From positions 1 through 64,000 of the forward strand of contig JALJEE010001021.1 of the NCBI GenBank assembly GCA_023231475.1: a stretch of 64,000 nucleotides of DNA. Reading direction: 5' to 3'. The notes under the pieces are model-generated. The model made no database searches. It had not been told where the DNA came from and saw nothing but the letters and a program-made list of their open reading frames with translations. A program made the position numbers and the translations under genes. Below, piece after piece: positions 16,166 through 30,157 of the stretch (its first letter is position 1; every line of letters begins with the position of its first letter). Source of the DNA: Seison nebaliae (taxonomy: Eukaryota).

Positions 16166-19100
16166 TTATTCTCCAGTTTCATGTTCCTCTTCAATATCAT
16201 CTTCCACTTCATTCTTGACTTCTTTTTCTACAGAACCTTCTTCTGGTTTCACTTCACTTTCTGCTGGACGTTCTTCCGATATTTCTTCTACTTCGTTCCT
16301 GATCTCTTTGGTCGATTCCTTCGTCTGTGATTTCGATTGGGATTTCGATTGAGATTTCGATTGAGATTTCGATACTGTCGCTTTTTCAACTGGTTGTTCA
16401 ATCTTATTAGTTGAACTTCTGGGAGCGCTCAACTTGTTCACATCCTTCTCAGACGAAGCCAATTTATTTAACTGATTATCTGATTGTAATTTACTAAATT
16501 TTTCTTCCAAAGATTCCTCTTTGATTTCACTCGTCTCTGAATTTTTTGTTTTCTCGTTCTCCTCAGTCACTTTAGTTGTCTCGTCGATAATTTCTGCTGA
16601 TTCCTCTTCTACACTTCGTTTCTCTTCTACATTTCGTTTCTCTTCTGGACTTTCTTTTTCTTCTGCACTTCCTTTCTCTTCCACATCTTCTTCATTCATC
16701 GATTTATCTTCCTTAACTCCATCTCCTTCTTCATGACTTGGAGTCTTTTTCGCTGTTTCCTCTTCGGTAACTAGTTCGCTCAAAGTTTTCTTTGTACTCG
16801 TCTTTGCTTCGGAACTGGTAGTGCTCTTATATTCTGGTAATGCATCAAGAGTTTGATGCATATCTGCTTGTGTCAACAAATATGTCTTTTGAATAAGTTG
16901 TTCAGCATCATAACGAACATCTTCTCGCAATTGATCTACATCTACTTGAGCTGCCGTGAAAGTTAGAGAAGCTCTTGAACGATGTTCTTCGTATTTCTCA
17001 ATAAATTGTCCCAATTTCTTATGGGAAATCATTTTGAGATTATGGAATTTATGTTTAGATAAATTGAGATTATTTAAAATTCTCGTTAATCTTCCACACG
17101 ATTCGATGATCATCTTAAAATGGAATTGAAAAAAATTATTTGGAGAATTGAAAGAAACTTCATCTTTTTGGAAATTTGCCAGGATGATGTTAATGAATTC
17201 CGATTGGAAATCATATAAAGAGAGTAAGAATGCGATGTCTTCGTGAGATCCTAATGCTTCGTATAATCTGATGATATTATCAACGACGAAAGTATTTCCA
17301 TAACTTTTATTAATTGTTGTTCGTAAGAAATCATATAAAGTTAATTCGGCCGGTTTCAACATATTCTCTCTCGCTGTCGATAATGAGAATATTTTCGATT
17401 TTTCAATTTCTTCTCCAGTCACATTCGTTCTCATAGCGAGTACATGATAATAAGCGAGTAATAAATCTAAATCTACTTTTTGAAGATAAAGAGAATAGGC
17501 AGTAAATTCATCATGACGAACGAATACTGAAACGGCTTGTAAGGTCGTGTAGAAAGTGGAGAAAGATAAAAGGGCAATACCCTTCATAATCTTTATCATA
17601 TCATTTATCAAATCACCACCATCATCATAAGGTGAGAGTGTTTTCTCTTTCACCAACTTCGAACCATCACTCCCATCAGCTACACTCGATAATTCTGGTA
17701 GAGTGTCGTCGCTCGAAGTTTTCGAAAAATAGTTATGGAATAAACGAGTCAAATATGTTCGGAAATCGACATGTCCACTCAATATGTAAATGAATAACAT
17801 CAGATTGATGAGAATATATTCGTCGTCTTTTGAATTCAACAGATTTATTTCCACATCCTTTACCGTCCGATTTGAAGCGGCTTCGTAATCCAACGACGAA
17901 CTGACAGCGATAGTAAAATAATGAATTCGTTTCTCTGTCAATTTATCATATGATATCGAATCAACGAGAGTTGATTCAGTTTTCACCGAACTCACCGTAC
18001 TTTCCATCGGTCCCAAATCCACAAATTGACTGATCATTCTCCCGAGATATTTCGCCACTTTTCCCATAGTCTGATGTTTAATGAATGTGTTCCGACATTC
18101 GTCTAATTAGAGAATATAAAGAAATCATTTTTCGAATTAGATCTAACCGTGCATACAAATATTCCAGAGAACATAAAGACTTTCATTGACAATAGAATTA
18201 TTTTTCGAATGAATTATTATCGAGTCGAATATTCGACTACAACCCACGAAGCAGCTCAACTTCTTTATGTTCTGTCCATGTCTGGCGAGAGCGAAGAAAA
18301 AATAATTCATCGTTCTCACAAATTGCTCATCATCATGATGTAACTAAATGAATTCAAATAAAAAGTAATTATTATTATTATTAATTAATAAAAAATTTAC
18401 AGCATAATTGTTAACTTTAAATGAACTTAAGACACTTTGTAGAACTTCATTCAATCGAGGATCATTATTATCTATCTTCAATGGAATCACATCATTCCAA
18501 TTATGATAAACATAAATGAATTTCGTGATGATACGTACGCCATAAATAAGGACGTCTGTCGCTTTAGGATATAACCGAATTTTATTAACGACATTATCAA
18601 ACAACTTCTCCGCATACCATTTGAGCATTTCATCTTTAACATCAGAGAATTCTTCTGATTGATCTGGTGATAAGTTGTCGAGAGGAACAGTAAAGTTTCT
18701 TATGGGAAATCTTGTTAGGTCGTCACATAATCTCCTTAAATATTGAATGGTATGTCCGAGACCCAATGATTGATCACTTAAACCTTCATCATAATTTTCG
18801 AATGTCAAATTGCCTGGTAGTGAAACTTCACTGATCGGACGAGTTGCCTGAGTTTCCCTATAAAAAATGGCTTTATATTCTCGAAGAATGTTATCTATAT
18901 ATTTCTCTTTTAAAATCATTCTATACGAGAAAGGAATAGAGAGTAAAGAAATTTAATTTTGAAAAATTGGAAACTCGATGGTCGGTCGTTCAAATTCACT
19001 TTTCTGCAAAATCCGTTCAATGATATTCATTAATTGTCTTGGATAGACCTGAAATAAAGACATTTAAAGAAATTTCAACATTTAAAGAGACATCAACTAA

Positions 19101-20143
19101 CATTCCTCATTTTACTGTATTCATAACCATTGAAAAAATGTTTGGCGTCCTTTCGAATAATTTTCAAATAATCGAAAAAAGTATTTTGCTAAAACAAGAG
19201 AATTATAAATGGAATAAACATTTAATGGGAATTGGTGTAACTGGGAAAATTGAGTTCGTCACCAATTCGAACATCAAAATTGCTACTGACCAAATATCAT
19301 TCCGTTTACCATCACCAGTTTTCACATCAACCGACGCTTCAATCGGTAACTTTAATCGCAGATCTAAAATTCAATCAATCTCATTTCTAATGAGGACATT
19401 GAATTGAACTTGGTTCTAAAACTGTATTTCTCACCAAAATTTCCAGGGCCGTCTCAGGTAGCCAATCAGTTAATTTGAAATGGAAATCAGTTCCATCACT
19501 CTCCAAAAATTCTTCCAGTTTCGTAAAAGTAGTGAAGAAAATGTTACCAGGAGTAATGGCACCATGCGAAACGTTACGTTCATGCAAATGTGCCACAATA
19601 TCCAATAGGCAACAAAAAATCTTTTCAATAGTCTAATTTTTTTCGTGATGAATTTCAGTAGATAAGTTGAATAGAACTTCTAATGGTATTTTCGTATGGT
19701 TCTCCTTGTAATAATTGACGACTTCCAGTAAGGAAAGGTTCGGTATATATTTCCGAATGATACACAATTGAATAGACGACGCTTCAATGAGGAAATCTTT
19801 GAAAATGTAAGAGGGAACCACGCAGAATTCTGGTGGCATATTCTTCCGATCACGATCAAACTCCGAAAATAGGAATGACGCATGATCATTACTCAATGTC
19901 TCCACCTGCACATACGGAGAATGGTATACAAATCAAGATTTAAAATCATTAAATAGAACTCGTTTCAATACAAATTTCTTATTTCGATCATATAAATCTT
20001 TCACTACAACACTAGAGCCCTGATTGCCACTTGGTAGTGTGTCTATTATCTGATGGTGTGGTTAATAAGAATTAAACGTCTCTCGTGATAGGTGGAGAAC
20101 GAACCTGATATCGATTCTCCTGGAAAAACCGATTAAAAGACAT
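16166..20143 (-). CDS. STKLD1: STKLD1/SgK071-like pseudokinase with helical region and acidic low-complexity tail (10 exons)
   Basis: Spliced N-terminus MSFNRFFQENRYQ|IIDTLPSGNQGSSVVVKD...KFVLKR|VETLSNDHAS...SSIQLCII...LHERNVSHGAITPGNIF...FKLTDW...DIWS...RPT. It is a kinase fold lacking HRD and DFG, with an N-lobe resembling STKLD1. Nine short introns. Confidence 0.72.
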
Positions 20144-20385
20144 TTAGTTAAGGAAATTAATGAATAGAACTGAAATTGAAAACCGGAAAACAGAAATTAA
20201 ATTTTTCCAACAAAGGCGCCTCTCGAATCACGTTTGGTATATACAACATTCTTCCTAATCTTTTCAATTTCAAGAAAGACAATTTTCAACTTGTTCTAAT
20301 TTTAGTATTCCGAATAAAATTTCAATTGATGGAAAGGAGAGATTGTTCGGAAAAAAACTAAATTTTCTTTGTGGAGTTAATGTTC

Positions 20386-20400
20386 GTTGTCCATAGTAAC
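20386..20400. promoter_or_regulatory. RFX X-box-like element
   Basis: GTTGTCCATAGTAAC is close to the X-box consensus GTNRCC(N0-3)RGYAAC (one mismatch) and lies ~240 nt upstream of the STKLD1-like ATG. Confidence 0.45.
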
Positions 20401-20663
20401 TGGATAAAGGAGATTGAAAAGAAGAAGTAAAAGAAGAATTTCATTTTTTCAAAAATTAAGTTCAATTATAACAGAGTTTTGATGGAATGAATAAATATGA
20501 GGATGAATGGTATATAATTATGTATGGGATGGAGTGGAAATAGAGTATAAAAATAAAAAGAATTTTCTGAAGATAAATAAATGTAATTCTCATATTATAA
20601 TTCTCCCAGAACATAATTCATAAATTTCTATTATTTTCTTCATAAAAATGGTATGTCATCTCA

Positions 20664-22142
20664 TTAGAGTAGCATTGGACATACACCGACTAGTTCTTGA
20701 TATGCAATCATACAAGGGAAACAGACTGTCTTAAATTTCACTTCATGTATACAATAACCATTCTCGTGACCAGGAAGTCTTCCTTCCACAAACTTCTTCC
20801 AACTCTGTTCACGTGGTTTCTCACAATCGAAATAATATTGTATCGGCGAATTACTCTGTCGTTGTTTGGGAGGATGATAAGGAATCGTTCTCGCTGGTGC
20901 CTGATTCATTTCTGGTTGTCTATTCCTTGACACAACATTCTTATCCGACAGAATATAAACATGACAACGATAATCTCGACTGATCATCGCTAAGGAATTT
21001 GAATCGAGTATACAAACGTCATTGATAGGTGCCTGTCGTTCGATAGAACGTAACATAACGAGAATTGATGCGATCAATAAAACTTGACGATTCTCTAAGA
21101 AACTTGATTTGTTCGTAGCAGGAATAGTGAGATCGACGGATTGATGTATTATTGGACGTTTAATTTCCACAAATTCACTCAATTTAATTATCGTTATATT
21201 GAACGCCATATGATTATCAGATATGACTAATATTTCACCGTCGTTACATAAATTAACTGCCGCCGGATAATTAGTGACAGATTCACGACCGATCGCCATC
21301 TGATATTTACCCGAATAGTCAAAAACACAAACTGAAGAAGAACGATTGTCACATACATAAATCAATTGACGATACCAGTCAGAAGTGATGGCGGTTGGAA
21401 AACACAATTTATCTTCCGCTTTGAACCAATGAAGAATTTTTCCATTTTGTGAATTGAAGATGGAAATGCGTTTAATGAACGATTCAATGACAATGAGATG
21501 ACCGACTTGATCGCAACAAATTCCACGAGGATGAATCAACCATGTATCTGCAAAATATCGTTCCACCACATAATCGATTGGGAGGACTGTCCGTCGTAAA
21601 TTTTCCATCGATTTCAATCCATGTTTCTTTAAACGATCCTCCAATTCTTCGTTGGAAGGTAAAGTAAATCGTAAAATGATTATTCGTTTCCTTGGAGGTC
21701 GTTCGAGAACAGCTAAACGGAATTTTGTTTGAATTCCATCATTCTCCATTTCCATCAAAGGAAAGATAGTACTCGGTGGTATAAAAGCCAAATTATTTTC
21801 TTGACGAGTACTCGAAAGTTCGATATCATTCGATGATTGAAGTCGGAAGAAATTCTCATTTTGAAGACTAATTTTCGGTTGTCTAAATTTCCGTAATCCA
21901 GTCGACGAATAATCATTCGGCAATTTCACCATTCGAAACGGATAATAGAATGTATCTGTATTTCCAATGGTAGCTAACAATTTCGATGTCTCCAAATTGA
22001 ACACACATAAATTATGTTGAGCTGCATCTGAAATGATAATCGTATTCTTTCTCAATGATATGATACCGGATGGATCGTCGATTTCATGATGATATTTTCC
22101 CAAACGTTTCTCTTCTCTGATGGAATATCGTTCCGAATGCAT
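20664..22142 (-). CDS. brat/NCL-1-type NHL-repeat protein, NHL domain only, intronless
   Basis: DPSGI..IIISDAAQH, YYPFRM, LIHPRGI, LCFPTAI, DNRSSSVCVFDYSG, GRESVTNYPAAV, SDNHMAFNIT and SRDYRCHVY are colinear with the Brat NHL propeller. An in-frame TGA lies three codons before the ATG. Confidence 0.85.
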   Translation of the reverse strand: MHSERYSIREEKRLGKYHHEIDDPSGIISLRKNTIIISDAAQHNLCVFNLETSKLLATIGNTDTFYYPFRMVKLPNDYSSTGLRKFRQPKISLQNENFFRLQSSNDIELSSTRQENNLAFIPPSTIFPLMEMENDGIQTKFRLAVLERPPRKRIIILRFTLPSNEELEDRLKKHGLKSMENLRRTVLPIDYVVERYFADTWLIHPRGICCDQVGHLIVIESFIKRISIFNSQNGKILHWFKAEDKLCFPTAITSDWYRQLIYVCDNRSSSVCVFDYSGKYQMAIGRESVTNYPAAVNLCNDGEILVISDNHMAFNITIIKLSEFVEIKRPIIHQSVDLTIPATNKSSFLENRQVLLIASILVMLRSIERQAPINDVCILDSNSLAMISRDYRCHVYILSDKNVVSRNRQPEMNQAPARTIPYHPPKQRQSNSPIQYYFDCEKPREQSWKKFVEGRLPGHENGYCIHEVKFKTVCFPCMIAYQELVGVCPMLL

Positions 22143-24783
22143 AATATCACTCGATCGAACTTATCAAACTTATCGATCGTTGTCCAATTTGATTTTCCGA
22201 TATTTTACAACAAAATTTCCTTCTAATTATCTTTCTTTAATCTATTTAAAGATTCTCCACTTTCCTTTTCTTTTTCGTTGATGATAATCGCGAATGGAAT
22301 TATTAATAGGAGGAAAGAATGAAACTTTAAATAGATTATTGAAAGTATCTACTCATTTTGAATGTTTGAGATTTACTCAAACACTTTTTATAGTTCCTAC
22401 ACCTGTACGGATAATTGAGCTCATTTTCCTTTTAGTTTTCAACATTTTAAACATTCAAATTGATTTTTACAGTTACTCTTCGATGTCAATAGTATTCACA
22501 CTATTCAGTATTCAAGTACAGTCACGCTACATAATAGCACATCGTTGTGGAAGGAATGATAGCTACATGAAATATGTCGCTAAATGAATAGAGGATCAAG
22601 TAATTAGCAGAAATGTCATCGGAAATATCTCAAAATTAAAGTGGAAGATAAAAAATAGTTTTTTTTTTCGTTTTTCGTCCGTTAAACATCATAAATAACA
22701 GTTGGCACAATTTTCGAAATGTTGAACAACAACACTAATAATTTGTTGATAAGTTAACATATCATAAAACATGAGTGAAACGATCAATGAGAAAAGAGAG
22801 TAATTGTTTATTTAATTATTTAATTAAAAGAAGACACATGTAGAGATAGTATGTATATAAATATTTTTCTTGTTAATAACAAAACGAAAAGAGAAGAAAT
22901 TTATTTATTTAATTAAACAAAATCGATATATTTCATCGATATCATCAAATCAATATTCTCGTCTGATTCTCATATCCCATCAACAATCCGCATTAAATTT
23001 GAGAGAATAAATTAATTCATGTCATTTCCTTATCTCTCACACTGTCAAATAAATCTCTAAAGAAAAAACAACGTTCGATTGAAACTCTTCATCAAATGTG
23101 TTTGTGGAGCGAGAAGGAGCGACTTGATCGTTTTAAACTTCTTTTAACTGATCTGTGTAAATGATCTGTATTGGAAGGAGAAGGAAATGTTCCAATGAAT
23201 CAACATTTCAATTAATATAACTCACATTGACGATTGTTACATCATCAGCATATACGATGATAATGTATGATAGATGTGATGTAGATGTGGTGGTAGAGTA
23301 TGAAGGCAATGGAAATTATATAATAATGAAAAGGAATGGGTAAAAACGAACAGATATTAACTACCACCATCACCATCATCGTATTGTAGTAATAGTTGTT
23401 CAATATTTGTTTGAGAAAGTTGAGAACAGTTCGTCCTCTCTCCATCGTACGTTGAATGTAGATATACCAGTCCGACAAGACGAGTAGTAGTTTTAAAATC
23501 ATCCCTAATGGTTATGTGTTGTGTAATTACATTCTCTCTCTCATTTTCGTCAATGGCGTTCATTACTAATATATTACGATTTAGAAGATCCGCATTTATC
23601 AATCATCCAACCATCTTGATAGATTTTATTCTTCTATTAATTCTTATCATCATCATGATAAATGATTTCCATATATATATATATATATATCCTCTCGGTA
23701 CATCTGAATATCCTAACACATCCACTGACTGACTCAGCTATTTATACATCAATAATTTTATTATACCTACTAAAAAAATGATGATGATGATGGTGAAGAT
23801 GAAGATGATTCGTCTACAAAACAGTTTTCTTATTTCTTCATTCATCATTACATAATAGAAGAAATAAATAAGGAACTTATCGTATCAACTGGAGAGATAT
23901 GTGAACACAAACACACACACGCACGCACACAACATACCGTAAGGTGAAAATAATAATAATTGTTGGTTGGAGGGGAGGGCGAATATGTAGGAATGTATGA
24001 AAATATTTCTGTTTCCTCTTCTTTTTTCCACTAACTATCCACCCAATATTTCTACCACCATCACCTCCACATTCCATTATTATTAGTCATCCGTTCGTAT
24101 CTGTAACTATATCTGCGGCTGTAACGCTCCCACCCCAAACCATGATTGGGAGAGAATTTACAAGACCTTTTTCTTTTTTATAAAATCTCTGAGTATCGGA
24201 ATGAAATTTCTTATTCAACTGCCACTCACGTTGTTGTTGTAAGGAGAGACTAGGAAATAATAGTAAACTCCGATGACTAATCTGTGACGTGAAGAAGAAT
24301 AAGAAGAAAATAATAATTCGGTTCAAATAAAACATTTGTCCTTATGTTACCTTCGTGTATCTTCTCTCCATTTTATAATCCATCATCATCTTTTCCTATC
24401 TGTATGATATAATTTCTCAAAATAATCAACATCTCTCTCTCTCTATATATATATATTTCTATTGATTCGAATACGATAGATCTCGCGAATGAAAGAGAAA
24501 GAGAAAGAGCAAGGAGAGATTCTTTTCTTATAAACGAAATAATATATTGTTGTCTATTGGGAATTATGTTGAATTAACAAAATAGAATCATTTCAATGAA
24601 AACCGAGAAGAAAATAATTGAATAATTTGAAAAGAAATTAATTGAAACTTTCTCAACATTCTTCATCGATCAGTTGAAAGTGTCAATCAATAATTAACGG
24701 AGTGTCTTCTTTACGATCCGTCTCTCGCATCAAATTCAATTTAATTCATATTCAAACAAAACTGATACAATCTCACATTTATT

Positions 24784-26481
24784 ATGAATCTTAATCGAAC
24801 TCGATATTTTCTTTTTCTTCTATCAATTCTTCTACTCAATACGGTTATTTTCCATTTTCCTTCAACCAACTCTCAACCAAATCTCAGATCACTTGCTCAA
24901 CAGATGTCGAAGACGAGAACGACGAGTTCGATGTAGATAATTGTGGAAATACGAATGCTTGCTATCTCGAACCAGGTAATTGTCGAGGATTCGATTGTGA
25001 CAACTTAATTACATGGAAATATTTCAAGGATCGTGTTCGATTCAATTTAAACACGAAAAGTGACGGATGGACAGGAATAGCTTTCTCTAGAGATCATCGT
25101 TTAGGTAACGATCATTTAGTGTCATGTCAACTAAAAGATGGTATCGTCAAAGTGGCCTCTACTTTCTACTCAACCAAAATCGAACCATTAGATAACGACG
25201 ATGAACATGTAGCAATTGAGAATACACATGGTCATTTTGAAGATGGTCGAATAAAATGTGGATTTGATCGATTGAAATCACCACCCAAGAAGTATGAAGG
25301 CAAATTGGAGGATTTCAATGCACATCCATTCTATATCATCACACCGAGAGGATCAATTCCACAATATCGTTCGAATTCATTTTCCATAAAATTTCAATCA
25401 ATAAATTTATTCATCTTTTTAAATTCATATAATTCAGGTGAACCAATGAAAGCGGAAAATTATTTAGTTAATTCAAAACCGATAAATTTTGGAAGATCTG
25501 GTGATCATGATGCAAATTTCGGTGCAACACGTCACATTAACGGAAGTATCAAAGCTCATGGTTTTCATTTTTTTCAAATGATTTTTTTATCCAATTTTTT
25601 TATTTTACTTAAGCTTGTCTCATGATAATTGCTTGGATCTTATTGTCAAGTATTTCCTTTTTAATCGCCCGATTCTATCAATCGTTCTGGAATAGAACTA
25701 CTGAACGTTATCGATCAGTTTGTTGGTGGCCGGTTTAATTTTATTGAAATTTGTTTTTCTAATATTTTTCTTTTCTCTTTAGACACATATTTCTTTATCA
25801 GTCTTGGCTTTAATCTTAACGTTAATCGCATTCATTATCATATTGGTCGATTTGAATTGGGAATGGAGTAAAGTGTATGACCATTCAACAATAGGAATAA
25901 TTGTGATAATTTTAGCAGTTCTACAAGTTAGGAGAGACATGTTCAACATAAATGATCGTCTATAAAATATTTTCAGTTCGTCTTCGGTTTCTGTACACCA
26001 AGTCCAGAAAACTCGTGTCTTTATTGTCTATACTGTTTCTTTCATTGGCTGTTGGGTAACGTGGCCTTCTGTCTCTCAAGTTCATTCAATTTTTTTCTTC
26101 ACTAATTCTTTCAACTTCTTTCTTCAGTTGTCGCTATATTTTTGGGATTACGAGTTATTTCTCATCCATTCCCCATCGCTTTGTATTGGTTGATTGCGGC
26201 ATGGGCAATTTTCTTCATGATTGTCGAACTGATACTCGCCATACATCAATGTTGTACGAGTGACACGGCGGAGAAGAATTTAGGGAAATATGGTATTGTG
26301 ATAACGAAGAAAGAAGTTCAAATGCAATCGGAGAAACCAGCTGTTTATTATTTTTTTCTTCAAATCTTTTATTCATGGACATTTATAGGGATATCGATGG
26401 AAACCATTGTTATTCATAGTTTATGCTGTGGTCACGTTGATTGCGGTGATTGCCATGCTTGTATTAATATGTATCCATTAG
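24784..26481 (+). CDS. DOMON + cytochrome b561 protein (ferric-chelate reductase FRRS1-like), 8 exons
   Basis: Signal peptide; CGNTNACYLEPGNCRGFDC; GWTGIAFSRDHRLGNDHLVSC (DOMON); IKAHACLMIIAW, WWPTHI, DHSTIG and FHWLLG (b561 heme histidines); further TM helices. Seven short introns. Confidence 0.85.
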
Positions 26482-29400
26482 AATTGAGAAGAATATTCTT
26501 TACATCAAACACCTAGAACAGAATTTGATAAATTATTCATCCTACTTATTATATGTCTCTTCGCGAAGAGTATATAAGAGGTATTGTAATAATTCCTTCA
26601 ACTTATTAATCATGATAAGACTCAATTCGACGGAATTGATCATCGAAACATTGCTACAGAACTCTCTCTCTCTCTCTCTTTATCTCTATCTCACATTATC
26701 TCTCAAATCTCATTCTTGTAAATTTTATGCAAAGAAGAACTATTTTTCTGTTTTAAAAATTTTTCATTTTATTATCATCATTTTGCCTCTTTTTCATTCT
26801 TTTCATGCATACTTTTATAGCGATGATTGAATCTCCAAAAAAAGAACAATAATTTTAATAATAACAAAAACAACAACAACTATGATAATAAGATTCGATC
26901 TGTTTTATTGAGAGTTTTATAAAAATCTTATTAGTTTCCATATTATTCGAATTATTGTTGATATTTTAATAAACTTTTCATTTTCCATTCATTTCGTGCA
27001 AGATAAGTCAAATGGAAAAATTATGTTGACTCTTCACGTGTTTGACTCTTCTTCACATGTTCGTTCTTGTTATGAAAATGATGAAGATGCAATTGAATTC
27101 CATTTGGAATTATTTAGTCAAATTCGAATAAATTAGAAAAATTTAATAATTTCAAATTGGTTCAACTAATCTCTCAACTAATTGACGAGGCTAAAAGTTT
27201 TTTTTTCCAATCTCTTTATGGAACTGTGATCAATGGAAATGATGGAAAGAGAAAGAAAACTCATTTAAAATTTCGAGACAGAACTTCTTTCTCGAAAGAG
27301 GACAAAGTCATTTTCGTTTGGGAGATAATCAATTTTGGATTTTTTTTCCGATGTTTAGAAATTTGGATGATACGAATGATTCAATTAGAATTAATTTATT
27401 CCGAAAATTTAATTATGTTTGTACCAAATAGGATTAATCAAATGTTTTCCCCAATCAAACTCTCTCAGGTTACTTATTATATTACTAAGAAAATTTTTAA
27501 ATTTTCGAGGTTACTTTTCATGTTAGTTCAACAATCCCATGTTGTATATTACTTTTCAATGTCTTTCCTCTTAGACGACCAGATTATATGTACTCCATCG
27601 ACGTCTAACCTGTATAAGAGGTTATAAGACTATAATAATAGTTCATTTCCATACCGATACCATATCTATTCCAATTTCAACTTAATAGAATGAAAATATG
27701 AAATTGTTGAAAATGAATAGACAAAAAATTAGAGACTGTAATCTTCTTTCAGTTATAATAATTTCAATTAATCGTTAAATATTACTAAGCATTTCATCTG
27801 GCTGCTTATCATATGAACACAATTAAGAGTAAAATGGAATATTTTACCCATAAATTTCTCATTTTGCAAATGAAATAAAAGAGATTTGTTTGGTAAATTA
27901 CCAGTCGATTTATAACAAACAATCATCCACGATTATAATTAATTCTTTCGACTGAAATTCTCGTTGTTCCATTGTAAATATTTCTCTGAGAAAATGATGA
28001 TGGAACGGAAAAGACAATTAATGGATGTTACGGGAAGAAAATAAATATCTGACGTCAATTTGTTATGGAATATTCGATTATTAATTATATGGTCTTATGT
28101 TATTACTGATTCTCCTTCGCATATGTTAAGGGAAACGTATAGGATTAGATAACGATTAGAGATTTAATCGCATAGACAAGAAGAGGATTTTCTTCAAATG
28201 TTCTGACGGAGAATTAATCGGTGATTTGTATTTGGAAAACATATGCATGTTTAATGATTTCTATATACGACGATGAACATTGAACATATGACGGCAGAAT
28301 TAGCGTGATGCATTTTCCGTGTATCTTGTAAGTTGGTGTTTGAAATAGGAGAATCCTAGAAAAAATATTTTGAATGTCGTTGGATGACGAATGTATGGAA
28401 TTGAGGACATTCCATTGAAATTCCTCAAAGATTGATAAAGAACGATGGTTAAAATATTCAATTGTTTCTTTTGATAAAATTGTCTCGTGAAAAGATTTCA
28501 GGTAAAAAAGGCGAAATATATTTAGTAAATTCATCGTATTATTGCTGATATACTTATTATGCCTAGTATACTATTTCTTTGATCAAGATAATTATTTTCA
28601 TTTGCGTGTTATTTACATACACTTCTTATTCTACCGTGTCAGTTCCATCTGCGTTTTCCATCATCTACAACGTCGAATTTACATCAACAATTCCTAGTTT
28701 TCTCCATTCTTCTTCTTAACGCAGAATGTGTGATTGTACTGCTTGGTAAGGAGTGAACAGTTCACATCGTCCCTCTCAGGTTTAATTGTATGAATACATC
28801 TCAACTCATTCTCAATTATTCTACAGCCAGTGGTCACGAATGATGTAATCGTCCATAATATTCGTTTCCTTCTTACAGTAGATACCTCCCAGATATTCCA
28901 CTTTCTTCCACACACAAACTATTAGAGGAACGAAGAGTTCTCCTGGTGAGGAGTGTAATGATGGATGGACTAATTGTAAATTTAAATAAGTTTACACTTT
29001 TTCTTTACCTTCAATGAATGTTCTCACTAATTTAGTTTTGCTTGATCATTATTGTAGTCGAAAGATCATTTGATTTGGAGATACAACTACTTGAATTAAA
29101 AAGAATTCGTTAAAAAAAAAAGAAATTCTTATTTGTAGATCTCTATTTGATTTAGCTATTTCTATTTATTATTCCCAATGTCTGACGGATGTTCATATAT
29201 GTTATCGACATTAAAGAAACTTTTCACCAGTTATATGATACTATTGAAGATGGTGGAAATGATCCATTCAATTATAAATAGAAAACTTGTTAACAAAAAA
29301 AATTTTTGATTTCTTTCCCCATTCCTCCATTCTTCATTTCCATCATCATACTCACCATCGTCATCATATTCTCCATAAATTTATTCAGTTAGTCATTTAA

Positions 29401-30157
29401 AAAAAAAAGAAAGATTTCTATTAGATTCTCTAATGAAAACGACAAGTATCGTTGAAAAGTAATGAATTACGAAAAAAAGAATTTCATAAAGAAACGATTA
29501 ATCTCCATCAACTTAATTTTTTCGATGACGAGTGTTGGTGGTGTAAATTAGTGATGAAATAACATGTAATTCATAAAAGAAAAGATCTTTGGTAAGACGG
29601 ATGAAGTGAATGGCCATTTCATTCATCGTAACATGCGCAAGGATTATTGGAACTATATTGGGAAGAGTATATGAGGAAGGAGAATATCCATAAAATTTCC
29701 CATATTTCCAAATTAATTCATTAAGCTAATGTCCATATTATGTTGGTAGTAACATGATACTTTCTTCTTGTGAGAGTGTTCATTCTTTGCCTCACAATTC
29801 ACTCCCAAGTCGGTTTCATCATTCGTCGTTTGAGTGAGTCTCCTCCCCAGAAAAATATTAGTTGAGAACCAGAATTTACTAATGTGTTTCATCCAATTGA
29901 GTAACGGAAACTGTCTATTAAAGGGTAGTCTTTATGAATATGCATAAAGATAATTATTCTCTTCTATTATTTCAGTAAATATTTCTATTTTCACTTTATT
30001 TATACGTTAATAATTATCATCCTTGTAACTCATTCGAATGTTCATGTTTGAGAAGAATACAACTCGAAATCATCCAATTCTTTCTATTTACCTTTATCTA
30101 TCCATTCATTCTTCTCAAATAAACAATCTCTTCTATGACGATTGATAGACATTTTTG

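Noticed and set aside
22900..24400. Possible small spliced gene on the minus strand
   Set aside because: Acceptor-like sites exist, but I could not build a continuous reading frame or recognise a product. It may be UTR or non-coding.
27100..29000. Possible decayed retroelement (fragments such as IGIDMV, SYHP and KVEYLGG on the minus strand)
   Set aside because: The motifs are too short and interrupted to support a call without a profile search.
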